Below, piece after piece: positions 18,488-28,628 of a stretch of DNA of 39,841 nt. The stretch lies in the IMG/VR virus record IMGVR_UViG_2711768002_000004; one strand, written 5' to 3'. The position numbers and the translations under genes were made by a program. The notes below the pieces were generated by a model that was not told the origin of the DNA, searched no databases, and saw nothing but the letters and a program-made list of their open reading frames with translations. Each line of letters opens with the position of its first letter. Position 1 is the first letter of the stretch. Source of the stretch: a virus (lineage: Duplodnaviria; Heunggongvirae; Uroviricota; Caudoviricetes).

Positions 18488-18843
18488 GCGCGCGCCTTTT
18501 TCGCCTGTCTGGCGTTATTGCCGGTCTTTTTCCGGGGAGCATCCTGTACGGTTTCGGCTTCGGCTAAATCTGCACCGGTCTCTGCATGAACCACACCCGC
18601 CACGGCTCCCGCATCATCACCAGGCGTCTGTAGTATTCGTACAGTGAGGCATGGCTCCGCTTCCAGTCGGGCAAGCTGCTCCGGGGTGACGTCAACCTGC
18701 TGGCGTCCCCGCATGAACAGGAACCCCGCACGACGAAAATGCGTACGACTGCAACGCACTTCTGCCAGTACCGTGACAGGACTGTCACCACTGACCTGAA
18801 GGCCTGAATCATCTGTTGCTGCCACAGTGTGATGTTCATTCAT
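18484..18843 (-). CDS. Hypothetical head-associated protein (Mu gp35 position)
   Basis: 119 aa; GGAGGG upstream of ATG at 18843. Confidence 0.5.
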   Translation of the reverse strand: MNEHHTVAATDDSGLQVSGDSPVTVLAEVRCSRTHFRRAGFLFMRGRQQVDVTPEQLARLEAEPCLTVRILQTPGDDAGAVAGVVHAETGADLAEAETVQDAPRKKTGNNARQAKKARA

Positions 18844-18886
18844 ATTTGCCCTCCGCAGGGGCCGGGCCGTAAGCCCGGCTCACCGT

Positions 18887-19834
18887 TTACAGATAATCCG
18901 CGACAACCAGCTCCAGCTTGCCCTTCATCTCGTTAGAGACTGTGGCGTTACCGTCTGCGAACAGCTCGCGCTCCAGCAGCTGCACCGCCTGTTTTTCCAG
19001 CGAGGTGGGGACAACAATATGGGTGGGTTTGATGCCGAGTTTGCGGCCACCGTCAGCCTTAAAGTCACGCATGGCTGACCAGCCGTGCCACAGCGCATCC
19101 AGCGTCAGCGGTGACTGCATCATGTAGGCCATCTGCCAGAAGCCGTAGCCCACATTGCGACGGGCGGAAGCACCGAACACAAACTCGTTATCAGTAAACG
19201 CACGGCCTTCATCGACTTTTGTCTGGGCAACCAGTTCGGCTTTGCGGCGATCCTGATAAATCAGCGGTTTTACCGCGCGGGAGCAGTCAAGCAGATACCA
19301 GGCCGGGCCGCTGTAATCCGCCTGTGCACCGACAGAGCCGGTTTTTGCCACAAACATATTGCTGACCATCTGTGCATCACCGGAGCCATCCACTTTGGGG
19401 TAAACAGGGTGTTCGGTATCAAAGAAGTTCTGGCCGTCATAGCAGGCCGCATTCAGACCATCACGCAGTGCAGCAAAGACCAGTTCATCCGGTTGTGCCG
19501 CAGCGGCACGACCCATTTCCTGGAATAACGGGGAGTAGATGCCGAGATTGTCGTCTTCAAAGTCATCGCGGCTAATGGCAACGGTGCCTTCAAAGGTTTT
19601 GTTCACGATGGCGTAGCCATAGGCTTTCATCTTCTCGATGACGCGGGAGCCGATCCACTCACGGAACTGCGGGAACTGCCCCAGCCAGCCGTAGGTGTTG
19701 GATTTCGAGGTGGACGGCACGGTCATCGCAATTTTCTGGTACTGCGACGGAGCCATGGACATCCCGGCCTGAAAATCAGAACGGTAGCCCGTCATCAGGG
19801 CGGTGATCATCGCCGGTGTAATCGGGGTAGGCAT
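18887..19834 (-). CDS. Major head (capsid) subunit (Mu T-like)
   Basis: 315 aa; follows the protease/scaffold gene. Confidence 0.8.
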   Translation of the reverse strand: MPTPITPAMITALMTGYRSDFQAGMSMAPSQYQKIAMTVPSTSKSNTYGWLGQFPQFREWIGSRVIEKMKAYGYAIVNKTFEGTVAISRDDFEDDNLGIYSPLFQEMGRAAAAQPDELVFAALRDGLNAACYDGQNFFDTEHPVYPKVDGSGDAQMVSNMFVAKTGSVGAQADYSGPAWYLLDCSRAVKPLIYQDRRKAELVAQTKVDEGRAFTDNEFVFGASARRNVGYGFWQMAYMMQSPLTLDALWHGWSAMRDFKADGGRKLGIKPTHIVVPTSLEKQAVQLLERELFADGNATVSNEMKGKLELVVADYL

Positions 19835-20967
19835 TATTGCATTTCCTCTTTCATTTTCAGGAACTCGGCTTCGGTTTTACCCAACAGACGTGCGGCGGCG
19901 ATATCTTCAGCCGACAGCACAGCGGTGGCGGTCTTTTTATCCGGCACGGTTACGGTGTCGGTCTGAAGAGTGGTCAGAGCCGCAACCGGCTGGCGGGCGT
20001 CAAGCTGTGCAGAAAGTGCCGCGACGCCAATCTGTTGTCCGAGTCCTTCCATGTATCCGCGTTCGCTTTTGAAAATGCGTCCTTCGGACTCGGCCTTATC
20101 CAGCAACTGCTCCAGCGTGGTGCTGCCGTGTTGTGCCGACAGCGCGGCATATTCGGTACGCAGGGCGTTATACGTCTCAACGGGCACATATTTCGTCAGA
20201 TCAATAGTGCCGCCAGTTGGTGTGCCTTTTGCGGTTTCCAGTTCTGCCGACAGGCTGGCAACCTGCGTTTTCAGGGTGTCGTGCGCATCCGCACGGGTTT
20301 TGATCCCGGTAAGGGCAGACAGCGCCGCCGTGCCCAGTTCCGGTGTAAATTCGTCACCGTCAGCCACGGTCAGACCGAGCGCCGTCAGCAACTGGCGTAA
20401 TTGCTCATTCATGGGGGATTGCTCCTGAGAAGGGGAAACGACATAGAGATCATCAGCACTGAGTGCCGCGACAGGGTTCATACCCGTAATACCCGGATCA
20501 TTCGTCAGGGAAGCCATGCGCAACAGGTAGGGTTCCCCGGTGTCAGCGAAATAATGCATATATGCAGACAGATAGGCATATTCACGGTCATCAATATGTT
20601 TTTGTGCCTGTGGTGTCCATTCAGGTTTAATGAAAATCCCCTGACCCTCACGCCATTCGATGTTTTCCGGCTTAACCCATCCTGCAGCAATAGCCTTGAA
20701 TCCGTTTTTCTGCGCATTCACGGAGTGATGGTCATAATCAATCAGTAACGGCTGATGCAGGGCGGAAAGCCCGGCTTTCATCCGGTTACAGGCGGATTCG
20801 TTAATCAGCCAGCCTTCAGTCGGTTTTTCCGGGCGACCGTCACGGGCCTTTACCCGACCGGCTGGCAGTAACTGACACCATCCGTCGCCGGATGCAGTCA
20901 GCGAAGCTGAAAGCACGGCTAAACCGGAGGGGCGATTTGCGTCTTTTGGGTGATTTTCTGTCTTCAT
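19834..20967 (-). CDS. Head maturation protease / scaffold (Mu I-like; scaffold Z probably an in-frame internal start)
   Basis: 377 aa; Ala/Leu-rich coiled C-terminal half typical of scaffold; position. Confidence 0.75.
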   Translation of the reverse strand: MKTENHPKDANRPSGLAVLSASLTASGDGWCQLLPAGRVKARDGRPEKPTEGWLINESACNRMKAGLSALHQPLLIDYDHHSVNAQKNGFKAIAAGWVKPENIEWREGQGIFIKPEWTPQAQKHIDDREYAYLSAYMHYFADTGEPYLLRMASLTNDPGITGMNPVAALSADDLYVVSPSQEQSPMNEQLRQLLTALGLTVADGDEFTPELGTAALSALTGIKTRADAHDTLKTQVASLSAELETAKGTPTGGTIDLTKYVPVETYNALRTEYAALSAQHGSTTLEQLLDKAESEGRIFKSERGYMEGLGQQIGVAALSAQLDARQPVAALTTLQTDTVTVPDKKTATAVLSAEDIAAARLLGKTEAEFLKMKEEMQ

Positions 20968-21144
20968 ACCGGCAGCATAAGCCGGGTATTTTTGGGGCTG
21001 GTTTTGCGGGACTTCAGAAAGTGCTGACAGGGGGGGAATGAGAAAGGCGCTTCACGCAGATTTTAAAGCCCGTTAAATACAGGTTAGAAAATCACGACAC
21101 GCGCCTGAAGGGGGTAAGGTAATACGTTTGCATACCTTAAACCA

Positions 21145-21618
21145 TTACGGCGTTTCTGTGGCCTTTTTAAAGCGTTTTCTGATTTCGTCCATGATCTCCT
21201 GTTCTGCCACCTGATCAAAGCCCATATACGGACGTGCGCCAATGGCCGCCGGTCCCGGTGGCATACCAGGCAGGCCACCCCACTGATGAATGGCTGCATA
21301 AGGTTCATTTGATCCAATCAGCGCCCAGGTATCGCCATAATCCGTGGTCAGGCGGCGGGCCAGATCGCCGTTCAGCGTCAGGATTTTGCCGGGCGTGTAT
21401 CCCTTACGGGTACGCCACTCACGGTAAGGATCTGACCAGTCATGCCAGCGTTCACCATCCGGCTCTTTTTCCTGCTCAAACGCCATTTCTGACGATGACA
21501 GAAGACTCGCCGCCACACTGCGGGCCAGGTCTTTTCCGCCGCCCACAAACTGAAGCCGGGCAAACACTCGCTGGAGACGCGTAACGTCAACAACGACAGC
21601 TGCATCAATGGATGACAT
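21145..21618 (-). CDS. Virion morphogenesis protein (Mu G-like)
   Basis: 157 aa; position between F-like and I-like genes. Confidence 0.65.
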   Translation of the reverse strand: MSSIDAAVVVDVTRLQRVFARLQFVGGGKDLARSVAASLLSSSEMAFEQEKEPDGERWHDWSDPYREWRTRKGYTPGKILTLNGDLARRLTTDYGDTWALIGSNEPYAAIHQWGGLPGMPPGPAAIGARPYMGFDQVAEQEIMDEIRKRFKKATETP

Positions 21619-21739
21619 ATTGCCTCCGCATAAAGGATGAATATAAAATAAACAGGCGGTCAGTGTACGCTTAACTGGTAAAGTCGGTGCCTGCCTCCGG
21701 GTGGATCATGTATGCGGGTTCGACCCCCGCCACTGACCG

Positions 21740-23071
21740 TTAATCAATTTGTCCTTCCAGCACCTCAAGCATTCCGCCCCGGATATCCGATTTCAGCTTA
21801 TCCATATTGATAACCCGGTAAGCATTCACAATCACATCCAGTTTGTCGGGCTGACGTTTCAGACTGTACGGTGCATTAACGGCAATCTGCACACTGCCAT
21901 CCTGATTTTCCACGATATACATCAGATTGTTGTGCCGTTTGTCCCACAGTACCGCTTTTGGCCTTGCCAGCATTGCCGGTAAGCGCCCGAAGTCCTCCGG
22001 CGTCAGAGCGATGCCGTCATTCTGATGTTTCACACTGTCCGCATGGAGCACATTTTTACCGCTCATCGCCAGCAGGCGGGCCGGTGGCGTTCCCGTCCGG
22101 CTTTCCACTGCCTGCGCAATGCTTTCAGTCATAAAGCCCAGCGTGCGGATATCGTTACCACCTCGCCGGGTCTGCATGATGTTTTTTGCCCAGATGCGGA
22201 ACGCCAGCTGCCGCTCCGGGCTGTTGTTCATCTCCTGAACCACCATTTCCCGTAACGCCGGGCTTTTCACCTCGATCAGTTTGCGGATCAGCGCCTGGTC
22301 TGTGCCGAACGCTGCCGAGCCGGGGTTATATGACCAGCCCACATCCGGTGTCATGGTTCTGGCGCCATCTGAATATGTGGTCACCGGCATTTCTCTGACT
22401 TCTCCGGTCTGTTTATCCACGCCAGCCTCAACATTGCGGGTGGAGAGATGATCCTCACCGGATGAAACGGATAACCCCATTGCATCCAGACGGGCCTGAG
22501 ACAATGGCCGCACACGGCAGCGGCAGTTCCAGCCATTGGGCGGGTAGTGTGTTTTCCAGAACGGATCGTCATAGCGGAATACCAGACCGTTAAGGGCGGA
22601 ATGCGACGGGCGGGTACGGCTGTCCATGACCGCCACATACTGCCAGAACGGATGCGTGTCCGTGTTGTTCATCATCTGCGTGTAACGCCCGGCATTGTAA
22701 GCCACACGGGTGTTCACGTTGTAAATCAGCGCCAGACGACGGGGACTGCCCTGCTGCACTTCTTCCGCGTTACCGTCGCTGTCCACCACAATCTGCTTTC
22801 CCCACCATCCCAGCTTTTGCAGGCGTGGCGTCAGTGTGCGGATAAATTCTTTCTGTGAAATCCCCTCATCAATGGCCCGCTGCACTTCGGCCTGTAATGT
22901 GGTTACCACATCCAGCCGTGCCGTTTTTGCTGCCGTGAATGAGCGGGCATGAACATCCGCGTCTGTTTCGAACCAGTTCCAGCTGATATGCGCCCCTTTG
23001 GCGCGGAAGTATGCCACCGTCTCTTTTGAGGGAAGCGTGGCGGCATAACCTAAATCAATCCCCTGAGCCAT
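21740..23071 (-). CDS. Head morphogenesis protein (Mu F-like)
   Basis: 443 aa; contains NGWNCRCRV motif I recall from the Mu F family; follows the portal gene. Confidence 0.8.
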   Translation of the reverse strand: MAQGIDLGYAATLPSKETVAYFRAKGAHISWNWFETDADVHARSFTAAKTARLDVVTTLQAEVQRAIDEGISQKEFIRTLTPRLQKLGWWGKQIVVDSDGNAEEVQQGSPRRLALIYNVNTRVAYNAGRYTQMMNNTDTHPFWQYVAVMDSRTRPSHSALNGLVFRYDDPFWKTHYPPNGWNCRCRVRPLSQARLDAMGLSVSSGEDHLSTRNVEAGVDKQTGEVREMPVTTYSDGARTMTPDVGWSYNPGSAAFGTDQALIRKLIEVKSPALREMVVQEMNNSPERQLAFRIWAKNIMQTRRGGNDIRTLGFMTESIAQAVESRTGTPPARLLAMSGKNVLHADSVKHQNDGIALTPEDFGRLPAMLARPKAVLWDKRHNNLMYIVENQDGSVQIAVNAPYSLKRQPDKLDVIVNAYRVINMDKLKSDIRGGMLEVLEGQID

Positions 23072-24644
23072 CCAGCATCCCCTTCATTTCCGCAGCAAAC
23101 ATGGCATCACTGAGCAGCGTCATCAGGCGGGAATCATCCATTTCACGGTAAAGGGCAGGCAGGTCTGCCAGTGCCTCCGCCAGCCCCCGCGTTCTGATGA
23201 CATCAATGACCGGCTCCAGCACCGGATCGATGGCCTCCTGTAAGCGGCGGGCAGGCACCGCGTCCCCCATGTCGTCCAGTTCATCACGCGGCGTGTTTTT
23301 CGCTTCCGGCAGTCGGGCTGAAAGCGCCGTCTGTTCTGTCTTTTCCTGTTTTTCCGGTAGCGTTTCCCTGTCAGGCATGGCCGGTTCATTACTGCTCTGA
23401 CGGACACGGAATATGGCTTCACCGGGCGTGGGCTGTGGAATACCGGTCTGATCCCGTACCCAGGGATCAGGAATATCCATCCCCGCACTGAGTTGCATCA
23501 CCGCACTGGCTATTTTGGTGATATCCCCCGGTTCTTTGGTCTGGAAACAGATACGCGGCAGGCGACGGATATCAATGGCGTGGGCGGTGTTCAGGGCATA
23601 CAGCGGATACACCAGATCGCGGTTCAGGGTTGCAGCCAGCTGGCGTAAATCAGAATCCCTGATTTCCCGGCGCACCTCGTTATGCACCTCACCCAGCGAG
23701 CGCGCGCCTTTGTCTCCGGCTTCTGTGGTCAGCGTGCCGCCGAGTATTGCTTTGGAGATGGAACGCTCACCCCACGAAATCATGGTTTCAAACGGATCGG
23801 CCTGACCGTTCGCTGCCGCCTGAAACTCCAGCGACATCCCGGCCGGGATGATCCCGCCTGTACGTCGCCCGATATCCATCACCGCCCGCATCAGGGCACT
23901 TTTCTGCTCCGGTGTTGCCCCGGACGGGTATTTCCCGACCTTCATTGGCAGGCCGTACACCTCCAGAAATTCCGCCAGATCGCGCACGGAATAGTTTTTG
24001 AAAATGAACGGCCAGATAAGCGTTCTGACAAGCCCCGTCGCACCACCGTAGCCGGTGCGTGAACGCGACTGATGCACTATCCAGCCAAAGGGCTGAAACG
24101 CCACCCCGGCATGGCTGCCGTCACGCAGCCGCAGTTCGCTCAAATCATCCGGGTTAAGGCAGAAATGCCCGCTGTCACGCCAGCGGATGGCGCGGATGAT
24201 GTGCATTTTACCGAGCATCCCGTGCTCAATTTCCATGCAGGAATAGCCCTTCAGGATGGCATCCGTGGCGTCAAACAGCATGGCATCAAACCAGTCTGCG
24301 GAATGCAGATATTCGTCGAGCATTTCCGCGTCCTTTTTCTCATTCGCGCTGGCGTTCGGTGGCGGCTCAATACTCCATGGCACCCCCTGAATGGCAAGAC
24401 GTCGCTTGCCCAGCTCCGCAAAAAGGTGGGTGTCCTTTTCTTCAATATCAGCGGCCAGATCGGACTGGGCAATCAGATCGCCACGTTCAGCCCCGCGAAG
24501 GCACTGCGCCGCCCGGTTCGGGGTGATACCCGAAGCCGGATGTTCAATATAACGGCTGGCAATCTGCGGAATATCCAGCGCGGCACTCTGCATCTCCGGG
24601 TCAAAGGAGAAAGGTTTTCCGTCAGTATCAATGATGCGTCCCAC
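23055..24644 (-). CDS. Portal protein (Mu gp29/H-like)
   Basis: 529 aa directly downstream of the large terminase. Confidence 0.8.
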   Translation of the reverse strand: MGRIIDTDGKPFSFDPEMQSAALDIPQIASRYIEHPASGITPNRAAQCLRGAERGDLIAQSDLAADIEEKDTHLFAELGKRRLAIQGVPWSIEPPPNASANEKKDAEMLDEYLHSADWFDAMLFDATDAILKGYSCMEIEHGMLGKMHIIRAIRWRDSGHFCLNPDDLSELRLRDGSHAGVAFQPFGWIVHQSRSRTGYGGATGLVRTLIWPFIFKNYSVRDLAEFLEVYGLPMKVGKYPSGATPEQKSALMRAVMDIGRRTGGIIPAGMSLEFQAAANGQADPFETMISWGERSISKAILGGTLTTEAGDKGARSLGEVHNEVRREIRDSDLRQLAATLNRDLVYPLYALNTAHAIDIRRLPRICFQTKEPGDITKIASAVMQLSAGMDIPDPWVRDQTGIPQPTPGEAIFRVRQSSNEPAMPDRETLPEKQEKTEQTALSARLPEAKNTPRDELDDMGDAVPARRLQEAIDPVLEPVIDVIRTRGLAEALADLPALYREMDDSRLMTLLSDAMFAAEMKGMLDGSGD

Positions 24645-26311
24645 TACCAGCCCCCCCGATCAAATTCATGATATGCCTCATCGTCATCACGATAACCGCC
24701 CTCCATTGCCCGCGACCGCTCCTGTAGCGCCTGACAGGCTGATTCATCCAGGATGAAGCCCTCCATGTATGACGCCCGGTTTGCCATACAGAGCGCCACG
24801 GCAAAATCACCATGGCGGCGGGCGTTCGCAGCCGTTGCGTTCTGGTCCTTCGTGCGCCCCTTGTCGATTTGCGGGATACCATTCACTACCTTCACATGGC
24901 GCAAATCATCAAGCGTGGTCTGATGGCGGGCGACGAGGATATTCTGATCTTCAAACTCGGCTTTCAGTTTTGGCATCCACTCGCCGTACCACTTCGGCGA
25001 CAACATCACGCAGTCGATGATGTCCGGGCCAAAGGCCAGCAGTGCGGCCTCTGCCAGATAGCCGCCGTTACCGGTGGCGTCGAACGCCGCACCGACCAGC
25101 GCCGGAACGCGGGTCAGGATGTACATCATCACCTGTTCCTGCTGGGCATACGGCAGGTTGCGCAGCTCCACGCGAAACACCTCGCGCTTTGCCAGGGATT
25201 CGGTGATTTCCAGCAGCACAAAGCAGGACAGGTCACCGGTGCGGGCAAAGTCTTCCCCGAAGCTGAAGCGGGAACGGGGATTTAATTTCTCTAAAAGCGG
25301 TTTTAAATGTTCTTCACACCAGGTTAAAACTTCCGATTCACGCAGCCATGCGGCACGGCTGATGAAGTTGTCCGGGGCTTCAAACGTCAGAATCGGGATG
25401 TCGCGGATCATCGCCATTTCAATAAGCGCGTGGGGGATATAGGCACCGCCGGATTTTTTCGGGATACAGCCGTATTCCTCGTCGGCATCCTCACGGGTCG
25501 GGGCGTTTTTGTAGAGATCATCACGCCATTTCTGCTCGCTTTCCGGTGACCATTCCTGATCGGTGACGTAACAGATACGACGGTACAGCCCGTCCGCAAT
25601 GGCATCATCCAGGGTTATGCGGTGGACGCTGTAATCCTTGCGCCCCTCGCGGGCTTCCTGAATGTACTGATTAAACAGATTATCGACGCCGTTATGCGTG
25701 GAGATAATACGCACGCGCGCGCCCCACATAGTGAGCGCCATTGCCGCCTTGAGAAGCTCATCCAGTGACTCGTGGAACGCGGCTTCATCAATCACCACAT
25801 CCCCCTGAAGGCCGCGCAGGTTTGACGGACGGGAAGACAATGCCTGAATTTTGAATCCACTGTTCGGAAAGCGGATCATGTAGGTCAAAATTTCTTCTTT
25901 TTTATCCCGATCCCAGAATGTCTGCTCATACACATCAGCATCTGCCAGCTGGTTAAAGGCACGGGAGAACAGCGCGCAGGCAGAAATATATTCCAGCGCC
26001 ATCTCCTGCTTTGATCCCACATAAAACACATTGCGGCCACCACGACGCTTCGGTTTTGCAGCAGTAATGACGTTACGCCCGGCTTCCGCCCAGGTAAGAC
26101 CGGTGCGGCGGGATTTCTCCGCGATGCAGACCTGACTTTCATCTGCAAACCAGCGGGCCTGATAATCCAGAAACACCGGCATATCACCGGGCAAATCAAG
26201 GCTGTCCGGCACATCCACGCCCAGCAGGGCTTTTTCACCTGACAGATCAATTTTGCGGGGAGGCGTCATTTGCATCAGTGAAGGCGACGTTTCTCTGGCT
26301 TTGTTCATCAT
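24644..26311 (-). CDS. Terminase large subunit (Mu gp28-like)
   Basis: 555 aa; position and size; start overlaps the stop of the upstream small gene. Confidence 0.85.
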   Translation of the reverse strand: MMNKARETSPSLMQMTPPRKIDLSGEKALLGVDVPDSLDLPGDMPVFLDYQARWFADESQVCIAEKSRRTGLTWAEAGRNVITAAKPKRRGGRNVFYVGSKQEMALEYISACALFSRAFNQLADADVYEQTFWDRDKKEEILTYMIRFPNSGFKIQALSSRPSNLRGLQGDVVIDEAAFHESLDELLKAAMALTMWGARVRIISTHNGVDNLFNQYIQEAREGRKDYSVHRITLDDAIADGLYRRICYVTDQEWSPESEQKWRDDLYKNAPTREDADEEYGCIPKKSGGAYIPHALIEMAMIRDIPILTFEAPDNFISRAAWLRESEVLTWCEEHLKPLLEKLNPRSRFSFGEDFARTGDLSCFVLLEITESLAKREVFRVELRNLPYAQQEQVMMYILTRVPALVGAAFDATGNGGYLAEAALLAFGPDIIDCVMLSPKWYGEWMPKLKAEFEDQNILVARHQTTLDDLRHVKVVNGIPQIDKGRTKDQNATAANARRHGDFAVALCMANRASYMEGFILDESACQALQERSRAMEGGYRDDDEAYHEFDRGGW

Positions 26312-26556
26312 GCTTTACCTGTCAGAATGCTTTTGATTCGGGACTCAAGCTCTTCAGTCATCACGTCCACGCCGCTCAACTCATCAGTGGCAGCCTCTGC
26401 CAGCAGCGAATGCAGTTGTTCCAGGGATATTTCCCCGGCAATGCTGAGTTCAGTCAACTCACGACATACCTTTATGGTTTCAGGAGGTAACTGTGTTGCA
26501 AGACTGAATGCTTTCTGATGGGCACTGCTCATCAGTGAGCGGTTATCTGTTGCCAT
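26308..26556 (-). CDS. Small protein (82 aa) whose C-terminus repeats the C-terminal motif of the upstream gp27-like protein
   Basis: Strong GGAGGTG Shine-Dalgarno; ...TDELSGVDVMTEELESRIKSILTGKA versus upstream ...TDELRGVDGMSEQIEFRIRQMLLGKA. Confidence 0.55.
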   Translation of the reverse strand: MATDNRSLMSSAHQKAFSLATQLPPETIKVCRELTELSIAGEISLEQLHSLLAEAATDELSGVDVMTEELESRIKSILTGKA

Positions 26557-26566
26557 GATTCACCTC

Positions 26567-27148
26567 CTACGCCTTACCCAGCAGCATCTGCCTGATACGG
26601 AATTCGATCTGCTCGCTCATGCCATCCACGCCGCGCAACTCATCGGTGACCGCATTCGCCATCTCTTCAGCAAATGCGGCCCGGATTTCTTTTTCACGCT
26701 TAATGCTGCGCTCGGCGGCACTTTCTGCACGCTGTGCCGACAGGAGGATGTCCTTAATAAGGCGCATATCCACATCGCTGTCGCTGTTCAGGGATTCGGT
26801 GGCGGCACGCAGACGGCGGTACATCAGGGCACGGGACATCTCCAGAATCAGTGCCGTGGTTTCACCGGTCGGCTTATCCCCCAGTTCGGCCATCATGGCT
26901 TTTGTCTGCTCGCGTAAATCACGCAGATTACGGGCAATCAGCTCATTACGGGAGGCTTCCCGGCTGATGGCCGCCGGTGAGAGCTGCTGCTCTTCCGGCA
27001 GACCTGCTTCACGGATCAGACGGTTGATTTCCTCGCGGATCTGGACCTGCGTCAGACGTTTTTCACGCAGCATTTCCAGCAGCGGCTTACGGATGCTGTC
27101 GGGGAGCAAATCCACCTTGCGTACACGGCCACGCGCTGGCTTATCCAT
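26567..27148 (-). CDS. Mu gp27-like protein (putative terminase small subunit / DNA-binding)
   Basis: 193 aa, charged and helical, immediately upstream of the terminase; position as in Mu. Confidence 0.6.
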   Translation of the reverse strand: MDKPARGRVRKVDLLPDSIRKPLLEMLREKRLTQVQIREEINRLIREAGLPEEQQLSPAAISREASRNELIARNLRDLREQTKAMMAELGDKPTGETTALILEMSRALMYRRLRAATESLNSDSDVDMRLIKDILLSAQRAESAAERSIKREKEIRAAFAEEMANAVTDELRGVDGMSEQIEFRIRQMLLGKA

Positions 27149-27150
27149 CG

Positions 27151-27441
27151 TTACCCCCTTGCGCGTGGTTTCTTCACACCCGGAACGGTGGCGCGGCCTT
27201 CCGCCACATCCTGACCCCGGCCGGTCAGTTCAGCGATGAAATAACCGTTAACAAGCGTGCGCTTACGCACCAGTCCCTGCTCGGCAAGCCAGGCAATGTG
27301 GGTATGAACGGTGTCGCGGGACACGCGGTGACCGTAATCATCCAGGCAGTCCTGAAGCACGGATTCGCCCAGTTCGCCGTTGTAATCCGCCAGCGACCGC
27401 AGAATGACAAGACGCTGATCTTCAGTAATGAAATCACTCAT
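27151..27441 (-). CDS. Hypothetical protein (96 aa; Mu gp26 position)
   Basis: AAGGAAAAAA Shine-Dalgarno upstream of ATG. Confidence 0.5.
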   Translation of the reverse strand: MSDFITEDQRLVILRSLADYNGELGESVLQDCLDDYGHRVSRDTVHTHIAWLAEQGLVRKRTLVNGYFIAELTGRGQDVAEGRATVPGVKKPRARG

Positions 27442-27745
27442 TGTGTTTTTTCCTTACAGCCTGCTCCAGCAGCAGTTCGTTCTGATGGGAGACGGATTTC
27501 AGGGTGGCATTGGTGGCCTTAAGCTCACCGCGCAGGGTGGTGATTTCGATATTGAGTCTGTTCACCTCCTGCTGCGTGGGCAGGCCGGAAATCCGGCTCT
27601 CCACCCGCTCAACCCGGTCGGAGAGTTTTTCAAAGGCCTCGCGGGGGACAAAGGTTTTGCGCATCAGCGCCATGAAGATCCCCCCGGCTGTGGCCGTTGC
27701 CGACAGGATCGGCACGACATAATCTTTAACGATGCTGACCCACAT
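27434..27745 (-). CDS. Membrane protein with N-terminal TM helix and coiled coil (candidate lysis regulator; position of Mu gp25 'releasin')
   Basis: MWVSIVKDYVVPILSATATAGGIFMALM... then coiled-coil; GGAGG upstream of ATG. Function inferred from position only. Confidence 0.5.
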   Translation of the reverse strand: MWVSIVKDYVVPILSATATAGGIFMALMRKTFVPREAFEKLSDRVERVESRISGLPTQQEVNRLNIEITTLRGELKATNATLKSVSHQNELLLEQAVRKKHNE

Positions 27746-27953
27746 GACCGGCCTCCATGATGTTCTGGCAGTTCACACAACGGATGGCATCCGGCACGGC
27801 AACCAGACGGGCAGCCGGAATGTCACCCCCGCAGTCCGCGCATACACGCCTGCCCGGTGTCTCCGCCACCCGGCGCTTACGTGTCAGCCGGTCACAAAGG
27901 GCGCGTTCTGTTGCACGCTCCATGACTGCCTGAGCACAATCTGAATCATCCAT
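27726..27953 (-). CDS. TraR/DksA-family C4 zinc-finger protein
   Basis: ...CADCGGDIPAARLVAVPDAIRCVNCQ...; start re-picked at ATG 27953 (AAGGAAAAAGG upstream). Confidence 0.7.
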   Translation of the reverse strand: MDDSDCAQAVMERATERALCDRLTRKRRVAETPGRRVCADCGGDIPAARLVAVPDAIRCVNCQNIMEAGHVGQHR

Positions 27954-27963
27954 ACCTTTTTCC

Positions 27964-28335
27964 TTACTTCGTCTTTCCTGCCGGAACAGCAGTCGTTCCG
28001 GCCATATCAGTAAATTCATGCTGTCGCTGTGTCTCCAGACGGCGGATGCTGGCCTTGTCCACGTTGCAGTTTTTAATCACCGCCAGCAGTTGCAGGTTGT
28101 AAGTGACCGATGCACCAAACGTGAACGGCTGCGGCGCGGGAGGGACCAGGCAGTCAGCCAGCCATTCAGCGGGGATCGGCACCGGCTTCACCGGCACGTA
28201 TTTCACAGACGGCCCGCCGCACCCGGTCAGCCACATCATCAGGCACAGGCACAGCGGCAGCAGGCACCGTTGCCAGTGACCGGCGGACAATGCTCTGCTG
28301 TTCCTCGCTGTGCTGCATGTTCTGCTGTTTTTCAT
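27964..28335 (-). CDS. Outer-membrane spanin (o-spanin, Rz1-like lipoprotein), overlapping the i-spanin gene in another frame; start uncertain
   Basis: Hydrophobic stretch then lipobox-like LTGC followed by a Pro-rich sequence (PVKPVPIPAEW...PPAPQP); overlapped gene architecture typical of spanins. Confidence 0.5.
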   Translation of the reverse strand: MKNSRTCSTARNSRALSAGHWQRCLLPLCLCLMMWLTGCGGPSVKYVPVKPVPIPAEWLADCLVPPAPQPFTFGASVTYNLQLLAVIKNCNVDKASIRRLETQRQHEFTDMAGTTAVPAGKTK

Positions 28336-28516
28336 TCGTGGCCGCCTTGCTGATTTGTGAAATGAGTTGCAGGGTGCGTTGCTGGTTTGCCAGCACCAGA
28401 CGGGCTTCGTCCCGTTCACGCACAAGCACATGATTATTGTCCTCAAGGCGCTGCGTCTTCTGGTGCATTCCCCATACCACGGCAGCCAGCACGCTCATCA
28501 CCCCCAGCGCCGCCAT
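28166..28516 (-). CDS. Inner-membrane spanin (i-spanin, Rz-like)
   Basis: Start re-picked at ATG 28516 (GGAGG upstream): MAALGVMSVLAAVVWGM + coiled coil QKTQRLEDNNHVLVRERDEARLVLANQQRTLQLISQ. Confidence 0.55.
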   Translation of the reverse strand: MAALGVMSVLAAVVWGMHQKTQRLEDNNHVLVRERDEARLVLANQQRTLQLISQISKAATNEKQQNMQHSEEQQSIVRRSLATVPAAAVPVPDDVADRVRRAVCEIRAGEAGADPR

Positions 28517-28628
28517 ACAGCCTCCGGCAATCAGGGCCGGTAAGGGATTGTTCACCGCAGACACAGCACACCCCGCAGCAGCACAACGGCACACAGCAGC
28601 GCAATCATGAGCGGTCGCCAGAAGCGGT

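Noticed and set aside
21084-21317. 77-aa minus-strand ORF in a second frame overlapping the 3' end of the G-like gene
   Set aside because: Embedded in another frame of a supported gene with no independent signals.
21659-21738. tRNA-like fragment between the F-like and G-like genes
   Set aside because: A T-arm-like hairpin (GCGGG-TTCGACC-CCCGC) and a 7-bp acceptor-like pairing (GTCAGTG / CACTGAC) are present, but no anticodon arm can be folded and the D-arm has a mismatch; probably a structured intergenic element, not a tRNA.
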